IMG/VR virus record: IMGVR_UViG_3300020442_000005
Coordinates: 209,026 to 273,025 of that record
Reading direction: 5' to 3' (one strand)
DNA: 64,000 nt
Shown: positions 49,669 to 58,412 of the stretch, piece by piece
How the letters are laid out: every line of letters begins with the position of its first letter
Position numbering within the stretch: the first letter of the stretch is position 1
Made by a program: the position numbers and the translations under genes
The notes under the pieces: generated by a model
Database searches by the model: none
What the model was told of the DNA's origin: nothing
Seen by the model: the letters and a program-made list of their open reading frames with translations, nothing else

Positions 49669-50336
49669 AACAATTACGGCAATACATAAGAAAGACTCTT
49701 CTTACGGAAGCAATGAAGATGCCGGCTGATCTCACAGAGAACATGTATGTTCTTATCGAAGAGAATCGCGCAGGTGACTACTTTGAAGTTACGATTAATG
49801 ATGCAAAACCAGCACAAAGATACCCAAGATCTGGCATAATAGCGGAGCTGATGGTCGGAAAGGCAGAGGACCACAACGGCCTGAATTGTGATGGAGCTTG
49901 GGTAATCATGAGTTCCGAGGCAGAGCAAGGTTATGGTCCTCTAGTTTATGACATTGCAATGGAATACGTTGGAGACGATGGGCTAATGTGCGATCGATCC
50001 GATGTGTCCTTCGAAGCTGCAGATGTTTGGGATTTTTATCTTAATTCTAGACCCGACGTCAAAGCGGTGCAGCTTGATTTTCACGAAAAACCTTTCCTCA
50101 CTCCAGATAACATGAAAGATGATTGCGACGGCCAAGTTACCCTAGCCAGGCACGTTGATAGATGGTCAAGTATGGAAGCTGGATTCGACCCTGACGATCC
50201 GTACCATAATCACCAATGGATGGATCATTGGTCGACAAAGAAATATGTTAAGCAGGGGACACCTATAATGGACGAGCTTAGGATGCGAGGGGCAATCTAT
50301 TTCGACAGGGATGACACCGGTCACTACTACTTTTAA
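49665..50336 (+). CDS. leader plus GNAT-like acetyltransferase
   Basis: MKQLRQYIRKTLLTE; GYGPLVYDIAME, GLMCDR..VS..A..VW. Confidence 0.72.
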   Translation: MKQLRQYIRKTLLTEAMKMPADLTENMYVLIEENRAGDYFEVTINDAKPAQRYPRSGIIAELMVGKAEDHNGLNCDGAWVIMSSEAEQGYGPLVYDIAMEYVGDDGLMCDRSDVSFEAADVWDFYLNSRPDVKAVQLDFHEKPFLTPDNMKDDCDGQVTLARHVDRWSSMEAGFDPDDPYHNHQWMDHWSTKKYVKQGTPIMDELRMRGAIYFDRDDTGHYYF

Positions 50337-50365
50337 CTTAGTAAACAATGAGGCAAAAGACAGCA

Positions 50366-50857
50366 ATGAAACTACTAAGAGGGACAATCAGAAAAATACT
50401 TCTGCAAGAGATGGCTCAAAGACCACCCCATATCCCAACAACTGATCCTGAAATGGAAAGAAAAGTTGCGGATTTATTAACAGGCACCATACGAGACATA
50501 GCTCTGGGTGTAGAGTTTATGAAGACTATAGACCTTACTAAAGGCGTGAAAGCCCCCGATTCATACATAAAATTTGATATCGGCCGGAAGAAAATTAAAA
50601 TGACTGAATATCACTTCAAGGTCACCCAATCTTTTTACGATGCGATCGTGGACCAACTTAAAATCAAACGACGTAAAGCCAACCCAAAGTATCACCATCA
50701 TTTGATGATTGGCCGATGGACCGAGGGTGACGCTATAATTTCAATCTCGATACCGTATGACCTCATTGGACGCGACAAATACAGAGCGGTCATGTTACGG
50801 TCTGACGAACCATACGTCGAGCACTTGCACATTGAAATTAAAGAGCCGGCTGGGTAA
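50366..50857 (+). CDS. leader plus unknown domain
   Basis: MKLLRGTIRKILLQE; alternative start 50348. Confidence 0.68.
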   Translation: MKLLRGTIRKILLQEMAQRPPHIPTTDPEMERKVADLLTGTIRDIALGVEFMKTIDLTKGVKAPDSYIKFDIGRKKIKMTEYHFKVTQSFYDAIVDQLKIKRRKANPKYHHHLMIGRWTEGDAIISISIPYDLIGRDKYRAVMLRSDEPYVEHLHIEIKEPAG

Positions 50858-50871
50858 TTAGGAAAGCCACA

Positions 50872-51441
50872 ATGAAAAATTTACGACAATACATAAGACG
50901 GATAATAAGCGAAGCCTTAGATGGAAGTGGCAATCAGCAAGAAGCAGCGTACGCTGTAATATACACCGCTGGTTACCTCGACTCATCTGACAGAGGGCTT
51001 GGTCAGCTTATCAACAAAAATCCAAAGCTTGGCGAGCAGGGTGATAAGTGGATTCCGCTCGATGATGCCCTTGCTAACGTGCATTCTGCTTTAATTGCAG
51101 CGGCTTCTGCTATTAAAAGAGAAAATCCAGAACTCGACCTTTCGGAGGAGAGTAGTATTCTTCGAGAGGGTCAGGCTGCTGGTCAGGCAGACTTCCGCGA
51201 AAGCATATACAAGTACATTGAACAAGTAGAATCTCTTGTCAATAGAGAATCGCCTATGGGAATGAGTGCTGCTGAAGGCTTGAGAGTCTTTGGAGTCAAA
51301 ACTCTGTCTCCCGGGGTTACGCTGGCAGATACCGCAGTCGCAGACGTGAGAGATCTGATCTCTTTAATGGACGACGACAATGTTCTGAGCTGGCTGGACG
51401 AAGTTGAAACCATGAAACAGTACGGTGAGCTCAAACTATAA
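50872..51441 (+). CDS. leader plus unknown helical domain
   Basis: MKNLRQYIRRIISE. Confidence 0.7.
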   Translation: MKNLRQYIRRIISEALDGSGNQQEAAYAVIYTAGYLDSSDRGLGQLINKNPKLGEQGDKWIPLDDALANVHSALIAAASAIKRENPELDLSEESSILREGQAAGQADFRESIYKYIEQVESLVNRESPMGMSAAEGLRVFGVKTLSPGVTLADTAVADVRDLISLMDDDNVLSWLDEVETMKQYGELKL

Positions 51442-52055
51442 TGAAACATTTAAGAAATTACATAAGAAAGATTCTTCTAACTGAAGCAATGAAAACCCCA
51501 GCCATGCTACCAGATGACACTGTCATTGTAATAAAACCAGTACGTCATTATATAACAATTTATTACGGTAAAGCTGATAATCCTTCTAGTAAGAGTGGAA
51601 CTGATGGTGTTGGAATCCTTGGAACAATTTCTATATTTCCAACCGGTCGACGCTCACCGGACGGCTACTTTGTCGGACTTGGTAACTGCGATGGAGCTTG
51701 GATGGTCGGACTTGCAGCTGCATCCGACGGTTGGGGTCCGCTGTTATATGACGTCGCAATCGAATGGGCAACTCAAAACGGCGGAGGACTAATTTCCGAT
51801 CGTGGAGCTGTAAGTGTACCAGCTCAAAAAGTATGGTCCTACTACGAGCAAAACAGAGATGACGTGACAGCCCACCAGCTTGATGACCTCAATAATACTC
51901 TTACACCTGAGGAGGAAGATAACTGCGATCAATCGATTGGTAGGCGGACAATAACTGGTATGTATAATACCTGGCAAGACAGTCAATTAAGTAAGCGGTA
52001 TACAAAGCCGCCCACAACAATGAACGCATTAGGCGATAAACTAGTGATTTTATGA
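51441..52055 (+). CDS. leader plus GNAT-like acetyltransferase (close paralog of 49039)
   Basis: MKHLRNYIRKILLTE; C-terminal half nearly identical to 49039 gene. Confidence 0.72.
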   Translation: MKHLRNYIRKILLTEAMKTPAMLPDDTVIVIKPVRHYITIYYGKADNPSSKSGTDGVGILGTISIFPTGRRSPDGYFVGLGNCDGAWMVGLAAASDGWGPLLYDVAIEWATQNGGGLISDRGAVSVPAQKVWSYYEQNRDDVTAHQLDDLNNTLTPEEEDNCDQSIGRRTITGMYNTWQDSQLSKRYTKPPTTMNALGDKLVIL

Positions 52056-52774
52056 AGAACTTGCGGCAATACATAAGACAGACAATTCTCGAGAATAAGG
52101 AGGCATTTTTAGATGATCTCCTGTCAAATCCAAATTGGGATGAAGGTGCTCGCGATGCATTTAGTGACGAAACATACGATGACTATATTCAAAAATATCC
52201 TAAAGCCAGGAAACGCGGCAGATTAGTCAAGCAGGTGTGGGCTAAACACGTGGATAGAGAATATATTAATTCACTCATATACATTCACTGGGGCGGTATT
52301 TCAAGTATATACAATATTTTAAAATCGTCAATCGATGGCAGTCCAAAGAAGGATGAATTAGCATGCTCAGGTTATGAACCAGGAAAAGTCGCTGAAAGAA
52401 ACAGAGTCGGCAGTACAGGTTTGGTTATTGAAGGGCATGTCTCTTTGTTTGGAAACCACATGAACGACGTATTTTCAGGCGAGCTAGATCTAATTAAAAA
52501 GTTTAATCCAGAAATGGGTCCAACATCAGGCTACAACAGAGGTACTCTTTCGGCAATTGCCGACACGTTTATCTTGGACAGAGAATCTTTTATCCATCGA
52601 AACAATCCGGATCAAAACCGTACTGAGGCTTTTTTAGACAATTGGAAGATCAAAGCATTAGTGTTCGAGCCTGATAGTGATCTCTGGCGAGGTCAGGCGC
52701 AAAAGGATTTGGTAAATTCAATCCGCACAGAATTCAAGTTAGACATCCCCATCCTTAGACCTAGAGATCTGTAA
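52052..52774 (+). CDS. leader plus DNW-family protein (putative ART fold; paralog of 47891)
   Basis: MKNLRQYIRQTILE; H.DRE..NSL.Y.HW...DELAC...TEAFLDNW. Confidence 0.6.
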   Translation: MKNLRQYIRQTILENKEAFLDDLLSNPNWDEGARDAFSDETYDDYIQKYPKARKRGRLVKQVWAKHVDREYINSLIYIHWGGISSIYNILKSSIDGSPKKDELACSGYEPGKVAERNRVGSTGLVIEGHVSLFGNHMNDVFSGELDLIKKFNPEMGPTSGYNRGTLSAIADTFILDRESFIHRNNPDQNRTEAFLDNWKIKALVFEPDSDLWRGQAQKDLVNSIRTEFKLDIPILRPRDL

Positions 52775-53439
52775 TGAAACATTTGCGACAATACATAAGA
52801 GGAATACTTCTAACTGAAGGTATGAAAACAGAGGCCGATCTGCCTGACGGCATTGGTATTATAATCAGGCAAAGAGCCTGGGAAGACAATCCGTCTAATA
52901 TTGTAATATCGTACTACAACTTGAATACAGAATATCCTCTGGAAACCGACAGAGAAAACATCATCCCATGGGGTATGGTCACCCTCGGCTTAGTATATCC
53001 ATATGAGCCGGCATACAACGGGCAAGATGAACGTTTCAATCTCCCGGAAGATACTAGTAATCTTACATGCGGAAATGCTTTTCAGATTTTCACCACCGAT
53101 GCTGCTGATGGATGGGGTCCCTTACTTTATGACGTCGCAATCGAATGGGCTACAATGAATGGTAACGGACTAATATCTGATCGATCTGGCGTGTCCGAGG
53201 ATGCTCAAGCCGTTTGGGAATACTACATGTACAATAGACCGGACGTCCAAAAGTTCCAATGCGATGATCACTTAAACACCTTAACTGCCACGTTAGATGA
53301 TAACGTCGATATGAATATACCCATGGCTGACGGCCGCTCATATTTTCCGGAAGATTTAGAGAATGATCCCCTAGGAAAAAGATACACGAAGGAACCGACA
53401 CGGATAAGACAATTAGGCGATAAACTGGTGATCCGATGA
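52774..53439 (+). CDS. leader plus GNAT-like acetyltransferase
   Basis: MKHLRQYIRGILLTE; GWGPLLYDVAIEWA, GLISDR..VS..A..VW. Confidence 0.72.
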   Translation: MKHLRQYIRGILLTEGMKTEADLPDGIGIIIRQRAWEDNPSNIVISYYNLNTEYPLETDRENIIPWGMVTLGLVYPYEPAYNGQDERFNLPEDTSNLTCGNAFQIFTTDAADGWGPLLYDVAIEWATMNGNGLISDRSGVSEDAQAVWEYYMYNRPDVQKFQCDDHLNTLTATLDDNVDMNIPMADGRSYFPEDLENDPLGKRYTKEPTRIRQLGDKLVIR

Positions 53440-53807
53440 AACACTTGCGGCAATACATAAGATTATTATTGGAAAATAACGACGAGATGATAGAGCACAT
53501 TAATGGAATCATCGAAGATTATAAGCTTAGTGATATAGGTCCGGACCACTGGAACCAACTTGACGATATGATCGAAGATATCTTCCCAGGCACAAAACCG
53601 CCAAACATGAAAGTCTGGTCTGCCGCCCATCCATTGAATGGTGAGGTTTTCGAATCGTATGTGACACAAGAAGAAGCCTTGACCGTTCACCTTAGAGATG
53701 CAAACATTGTGCCGGCCGATAATGATGGCACCGAAGTTCAAACGCCAGAGATTCTAGATTGGGATCCAACTGGATATGCTTACATTATGAGTTGGGAAAT
53801 CAAATGA
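53436..53807 (+). CDS. leader plus acidic unknown domain
   Basis: MKHLRQYIRLLLE. Confidence 0.7.
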   Translation: MKHLRQYIRLLLENNDEMIEHINGIIEDYKLSDIGPDHWNQLDDMIEDIFPGTKPPNMKVWSAAHPLNGEVFESYVTQEEALTVHLRDANIVPADNDGTEVQTPEILDWDPTGYAYIMSWEIK

Positions 53808-54637
53808 AAAACTTGCGGCAATACATAAGAAAGATACTATCAGAAGTGTACGAGCTCACACCAGAAGAAGACAAGACTCGGCGAGAAGATTTTGCTTATC
53901 AATCTGCAGCTAGACGCTCCTTAGGCCTTCAAACATCGGCCGAGATTATAGAAGACAGGGAAGAATTGCAGAATTACCAGGCGCGACTTAAAAGCTCGAC
54001 GGAAGGTAAAGAACTAATCCGAAGATTTATGAAAGGAACAGACGTCACTATCATGCACAGCATAAACTATTCCGGATATGCTGCTTTAAGAGGTTATAAA
54101 TCCTTCGATAGAGTCGATAAAAGTATGCCTTTCCAAAGATGGATTGGGCAACACGGCCGAAAGGGAAAAGACGTGCTCTCATGTGTAGCATCCGACCAAC
54201 CGCTCGGTATGGACTTCTTAATCGGAAATGATAATCCAGCTGCAGCTCACGGATTCGGCTTCATTATGAAAGGATACCCGGTCTACATTTCCGAAACAGA
54301 CGTAATGTCTCAAACACTAGGAGCTATCCCGCCAGGTTTAGTAAAGCACCAAGAACAATCCGGTGTGGCAAAACGACCCGGTGACACTTCCGCAGGAATA
54401 ATCGAATTGGATTTCGGCTGGGCTGGAGAAGTGCTGCTCGACAACTGGACGATCATCGGCACGTACATGGATATAAGCGGCAACAATGATTTAGCTGTAT
54501 TTGAGACACTTGCTCGGGATTCGATCAGCATGTTCAAACCCGTCCCTTTCTATGTTTACGATGACGGATATTTTGTCGGCAAAATAACAGATAAAGATTC
54601 TATGTTTGAGGTAAGAGAAAAACTATTCGGATTTTAA
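53804..54637 (+). CDS. leader plus LDNW-family protein (putative ART fold; paralog of 47064)
   Basis: MKNLRQYIRKILSE-VYEL; IMH...LSC...KGYPV...DVMSQT...GEVLLDNW. Confidence 0.6.
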   Translation: MKNLRQYIRKILSEVYELTPEEDKTRREDFAYQSAARRSLGLQTSAEIIEDREELQNYQARLKSSTEGKELIRRFMKGTDVTIMHSINYSGYAALRGYKSFDRVDKSMPFQRWIGQHGRKGKDVLSCVASDQPLGMDFLIGNDNPAAAHGFGFIMKGYPVYISETDVMSQTLGAIPPGLVKHQEQSGVAKRPGDTSAGIIELDFGWAGEVLLDNWTIIGTYMDISGNNDLAVFETLARDSISMFKPVPFYVYDDGYFVGKITDKDSMFEVREKLFGF

Positions 54638-54663
54638 AACCAAAAAAACCGCGGCTAAACATC

Positions 54664-55068
54664 ATGAACTACGTTCCCAAAACCAACGACCTTATTCTCT
54701 TCACAGAACCCACCTCAGGAATCCTATCAGACTTTGGTATCAATGACAAACACTACAACTGGTCCCACTCCATTGTAAACGTAGAACCTAACCAATCCGC
54801 CCTTGTCATTGACACCTATACTATAGACAACAACCGTTCCAACCGCTCCTTCACCAACCCCACTCTTTCCAATACTCTCAACATTGCTATAGAACTTACA
54901 AGACACCACAAACCCTACATTCCACAACCTCCCACCATTCTCATTGTCTCCCTTTCAGACCTCATCATTGAAGTCCTATTCGATCCAGACCTACTTCAAC
55001 CCATTCCCCACCCGTCTAACCTACTCCCACCTAAACATCCTCCCCTACAAATGACCCTGGCTAGATAA
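54664..55068 (+). CDS. hypothetical protein in extremely G-poor DNA
   Basis: 134 aa ORF; composition atypical. Confidence 0.45.
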   Translation: MNYVPKTNDLILFTEPTSGILSDFGINDKHYNWSHSIVNVEPNQSALVIDTYTIDNNRSNRSFTNPTLSNTLNIAIELTRHHKPYIPQPPTILIVSLSDLIIEVLFDPDLLQPIPHPSNLLPPKHPPLQMTLAR

Positions 55069-55227
55069 CCATAGGACATGGCTAAACCATATACCACCTT
55101 GCATACCTAGCATTCACACAAAAGCACCCTAAGGATTCGCAAGAATGAAAAGTGACTAGGTGTATAGGCTACCGGGCTTAGCTCCCTCTCACGCGACCTC
55201 GGGCATCTATCGGTTCGGTCACTCTCG

Positions 55228-55416
55228 GTGTAACAGAAACAGAAACAATTTGTTTCACTTGTTACACTTTGCTCGCTCATCCGAAAGCATGGCGGTTCCA
55301 TAATAGTAGGACAGGCCTGTCAAAGCAATTGTTTCATGAAACATGTTTCTGTTTCTTTGGTGTTTCACTATAATTGAAATTGGTTTTGGTTTCGCTATAA
55401 TTGAAATTGATTTCAC
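55228..55416. repeat. cluster of GAAACA/TGTTTC inverted and direct repeats (left)
   Basis: GTGTAACA..TGTTACAC inverted repeat 55228-55267; TGTTTCATGAAACA palindrome; 21-nt direct repeat at 55362 and 55389. Confidence 0.8.
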
Positions 55417-55567
55417 TTGCAAAAGTTATCGGCCCCCTACAAAAGCAGTCAGGTTCCGGCAGGTGATACGCGACTATGGAAAGCAGGGATGGATGAAAAG
55501 CCGGGATAGGGTTGCCGTAGAGCAGATGGAGAAAAAGAGAAATAAAGAGAAATAAAATGTGAAAGTT

Positions 55568-55622
55568 TGTGTAAGCTGCTCTACGGCGGGATACATTATA
55601 AGTGTAAGGAGAAACCTTGCAA
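55568..55622 (+). promoter_or_regulatory. conserved early promoter plus 5' hairpin (copy 3)
   Basis: TGTGTA-N18-TACATTATAAGTGTAAGGAGAAACCTTGCAA. Confidence 0.8.
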
Positions 55623-55655
55623 GTAACTTTCAATCCTAGTAAAAGCGGAGTTCAT

Positions 55656-56408
55656 ATGAACCTATCAAATGTGACTGACATTGCATTCGGCACTAACATC
55701 CTAAACATTGAGATCCCTGAGCATCTCAAGCGCAAGTTCGCTACCGGCCTCGATTATTTCGACGGCGCACTCGGCGGTGAGGGTCTGACCCCATCTTGTG
55801 TAACTCTTTTCACCGGTACTCCTGGCGCAGGTAAGACCACCATGATGCTGACCATGGCTGATTCAATCACCAAGCGTGGCGGCGTGTGTCTCTTCAATAC
55901 TGCCGAAGAGTCTCTCTATCAGACTGCCATGACTGCACAGCGTTTGCGTCTCAAGAATGGTTTCGTCACCGGTAACACTGCCGATGTTCGGGAGCTGATC
56001 AAGGGTGCTCGCGAGATCATGAACAAGCGCGGCAACAAAGGCAAGCAGTTCGTTATGGTCGTCGATTCTCTTCAGTGTCTTGATGACGGTAAGTACTCTT
56101 CAGGTGTGAAGACCTCGGGTACGGCGATTCGTTGTCTTGAGCTGATCACTGACTTCTGTAAAGAGACTGGTGCTAGCGCGGTTATCATCAACCAGGTAAA
56201 CAAGCAAGGTAAGATGGCCGGTTCGAACAAGCTCAAGCATATGGTCGATGCTCACATGCACTTGTCTGTCGAGCAGAAAGAGACTGACCTGATTGGCTGT
56301 CGCGTGCTTGAGACTCAGAAGAACCGATTCGGTGGTTGTGGCCACATCTTCTTCTTGCACATGGGTAAGCGTGGTTTCAAGACTGTTGCTAAAGTCTCGG
56401 CCAGCTAA
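55656..56408 (+). CDS. radA: RadA/Sms-like ATPase (RecA fold only; no Zn finger, no Lon-like domain)
   Basis: GTPGAGKTT Walker A, AEES, VVDSLQ, K.G..AG...L.HMVD, KNRFG signature. Confidence 0.85.
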   Translation: MNLSNVTDIAFGTNILNIEIPEHLKRKFATGLDYFDGALGGEGLTPSCVTLFTGTPGAGKTTMMLTMADSITKRGGVCLFNTAEESLYQTAMTAQRLRLKNGFVTGNTADVRELIKGAREIMNKRGNKGKQFVMVVDSLQCLDDGKYSSGVKTSGTAIRCLELITDFCKETGASAVIINQVNKQGKMAGSNKLKHMVDAHMHLSVEQKETDLIGCRVLETQKNRFGGCGHIFFLHMGKRGFKTVAKVSAS

Positions 56409-56512
56409 CTGGTCAAGGTCCGGCAGGTACCTTAAAACCTGCTCTTGCAATTCTAATTTACTGGCCCGATTGCGGGTGTATAGAAAAAAGTTCAATAAAA
56501 ATGGAGTTCAAT

Positions 56513-57013
56513 ATGGATACTAAAATGGGAATGAGAGAGTTCAAAGTGATTTACACGGCCGATCAGAAGAGAAGGGACGAGGTACTTATCGTTGCAACAT
56601 GTGCCTTGGATGCTAAGCAGAGAGCCTGGCACCTTTTGCGCATGAACGGTGTTCCAAATCCTCATTGCATTAAGGCAATCGATAACAGCAAACCAACAAG
56701 TGGAGACAGTATGCATTATCCCAACTACACGCTCAGCGCGGCAATGATCGTTGACAGCCTCAAAGGTTTCGCGGATATGAGTCCGGAAGAGACCCTAGGC
56801 GATACACTTAACTTCAAAGTCAAAACAACTGAAGACCTTAAGGGGATCAAAGATGCCGCGGTCAAGTATGGCTGGTCTATCGAGTGGAACTGTAACGGCC
56901 GGTCCCCAAGCGACAAGCGTGCAGACTTTATGGATCCTCGCGCGGCTACTAGATCGATGACTAGCATCATCAACCTGTATTGCACAAAGACCAAGTCTGT
57001 AAAAGTAGCATAA
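56513..57013 (+). CDS. hypothetical early protein
   Basis: GGAG SD before ATG 56513; N-domain F.V.YTAD...AIDNS paralogous to 57033 gene. Confidence 0.7.
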   Translation: MDTKMGMREFKVIYTADQKRRDEVLIVATCALDAKQRAWHLLRMNGVPNPHCIKAIDNSKPTSGDSMHYPNYTLSAAMIVDSLKGFADMSPEETLGDTLNFKVKTTEDLKGIKDAAVKYGWSIEWNCNGRSPSDKRADFMDPRAATRSMTSIINLYCTKTKSVKVA

Positions 57014-57032
57014 CCAACCACCAGGAGTTCAC

Positions 57033-57209
57033 ATGAAACAGTTCAGAGTATTTTACACAGCCGATCGTCCTAATGGATCCCGATTCGAAGGCGAGATTAT
57101 CGTCGAAGCCATTGACAAGCCCGATGCCAAAGTCGCGGCTAAGCAGTGGTTGGAACAGACAGACCAGTGCGATAACGTGCGTAACCTGCAAGCGATCGAC
57201 AACAGCTGA
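57033..57209 (+). CDS. 58-aa protein (not in ORF track), paralog of 56513 N-domain
   Basis: AGGAG SD; MKQFRVFYTADRP...DAK..A...L.....AIDNS. Confidence 0.72.
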   Translation: MKQFRVFYTADRPNGSRFEGEIIVEAIDKPDAKVAAKQWLEQTDQCDNVRNLQAIDNS

Positions 57210-57318
57210 TGAAACAGAAACAAGTGAAACATATGTTACAGTTACACGAACAGAAAGCCGAATCATTTCAATGCTTTAGCAGCACAGAAACAAAAACAAT
57301 TGTTTCACTTGTTTCACT
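57209..57318. repeat. cluster of GAAACA/TGTTTC repeats (right)
   Basis: 57284-57318 nearly identical to 55233-55268. Confidence 0.8.
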
Positions 57319-57723
57319 CGCGGCAATAAGGAGTAGAGAGCATGGATACCAGGAAGCCAGAGAGGAAGAAGAGAGGATGGACCAACCGGTACGGGAAGAG
57401 GAGAGAATGCAGAGGAGAAGAGGCCGCATGACCAGCCCAGCACTACCAGCGACAAGCCCACCAGCAGGCCCCTCAGCCCTACCAGAAACGGCCCCCTTTC
57501 AGGCCCCAAATTTGGCCAAAAAAGGGCCCTCTCTAGGGCCCCTCTGGCATACTCAGTGGGAGCCTCTCGGGCCAGCCGGCGCTAAGCCTCGAAATTTTTT
57601 CCGGCGGAATTTTTTCAAACCAAACCAACTTTCATAGGAGAACATCGTGAATACAATTCTATTACTAGTCATCATTTACCTACTAATATGGTCATACAAT
57701 CCACCACATAAAAGGAGATAACC

Positions 57724-57909
57724 ATGTCACTTACATTTAGCGACGGAATGACATTCAACACAAGCGGACCATTAAGACTTGCGCATAGACAAGACGGTTG
57801 GTACGTAGTTGGCGACGGAATGTTGATCCCAGTTGACAGTCCAGAAGAAGGCGAGAGATTTATTGCAATACTGCAAAAGAAGGAAAACAAGGAGAATAAC
57901 CATGAATAA
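57724..57909 (+). CDS. small conserved phage protein
   Basis: AGGAG SD; FSDG..F.T.G.LR...R.DGWYVVG.G.LIPV.S.EE. Confidence 0.7.
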   Translation: MSLTFSDGMTFNTSGPLRLAHRQDGWYVVGDGMLIPVDSPEEGERFIAILQKKENKENNHE

Positions 57910-58198
57910 CCTAGAGTTCATAGCGACACACATACATAATAACCCAGATAACGCAACCTTTAGCGAGATACGTTTTAACTTGATGCTATACAAAGGATGG
58001 TCAGTGCAGAAAGCCATGGATCCAAGAAATCGAGGATGGAACAGCTGTTATTTCTCAAAGGGATACAAGCGACGATACCATGGAAAATTGTGGGTAAAGA
58101 CCGATCCGAACAATAGAAGATCCGGGTACATGCTCACAGAAAAGGGTAAAGAATATGTTGTAAATACAACGAAACCAGAATATAATAAAAGTGCATAG
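57902..58198 (+). CDS. hypothetical protein (paralog of 5116-5487)
   Basis: AGGAG SD; NNLEFIATHI...YF...Y.GKLWVK...LT.KG. Confidence 0.7.
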   Translation: MNNLEFIATHIHNNPDNATFSEIRFNLMLYKGWSVQKAMDPRNRGWNSCYFSKGYKRRYHGKLWVKTDPNNRRSGYMLTEKGKEYVVNTTKPEYNKSA

Positions 58199-58412
58199 GG
58201 GAGGCATATATGACATTACAAGAGTTCGTCGATTCATATCGTATCGCAACGGCAGGAAGCTATTATGAAAGACTTGATGAGGCACAGCTGTTCGTTTCAG
58301 ACGCAGAAGGAGAAGTGTCTGAGTCATTGTCAGAAATAGTTGCGTACGCTGCAGCAATATATGACGTAAAGAAATCAGATATCTAACAACAATAATCATG
58401 ATAGGAGAAAAC

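Noticed and set aside
49039-52055. Near-identical paralog segments as a diversity-generating retroelement TR/VR pair
   Set aside because: Both copies are intact genes, differences are mostly synonymous and not adenine-specific, and no reverse transcriptase is seen.
43365-54637. Repeated ~30-nt leader DNA as a CRISPR array or integron attC cassettes
   Set aside because: Repeats are in-frame coding sequence, degenerate, 370-960 nt apart and not palindromic; no cas or integrase gene in the window.
57209-57637. 142-aa ORF (and ORFs 55107-55301, 55334-55633, 55343-55555)
   Set aside because: They run through repeat and low-complexity skewed DNA and lack an SD; probably non-coding.
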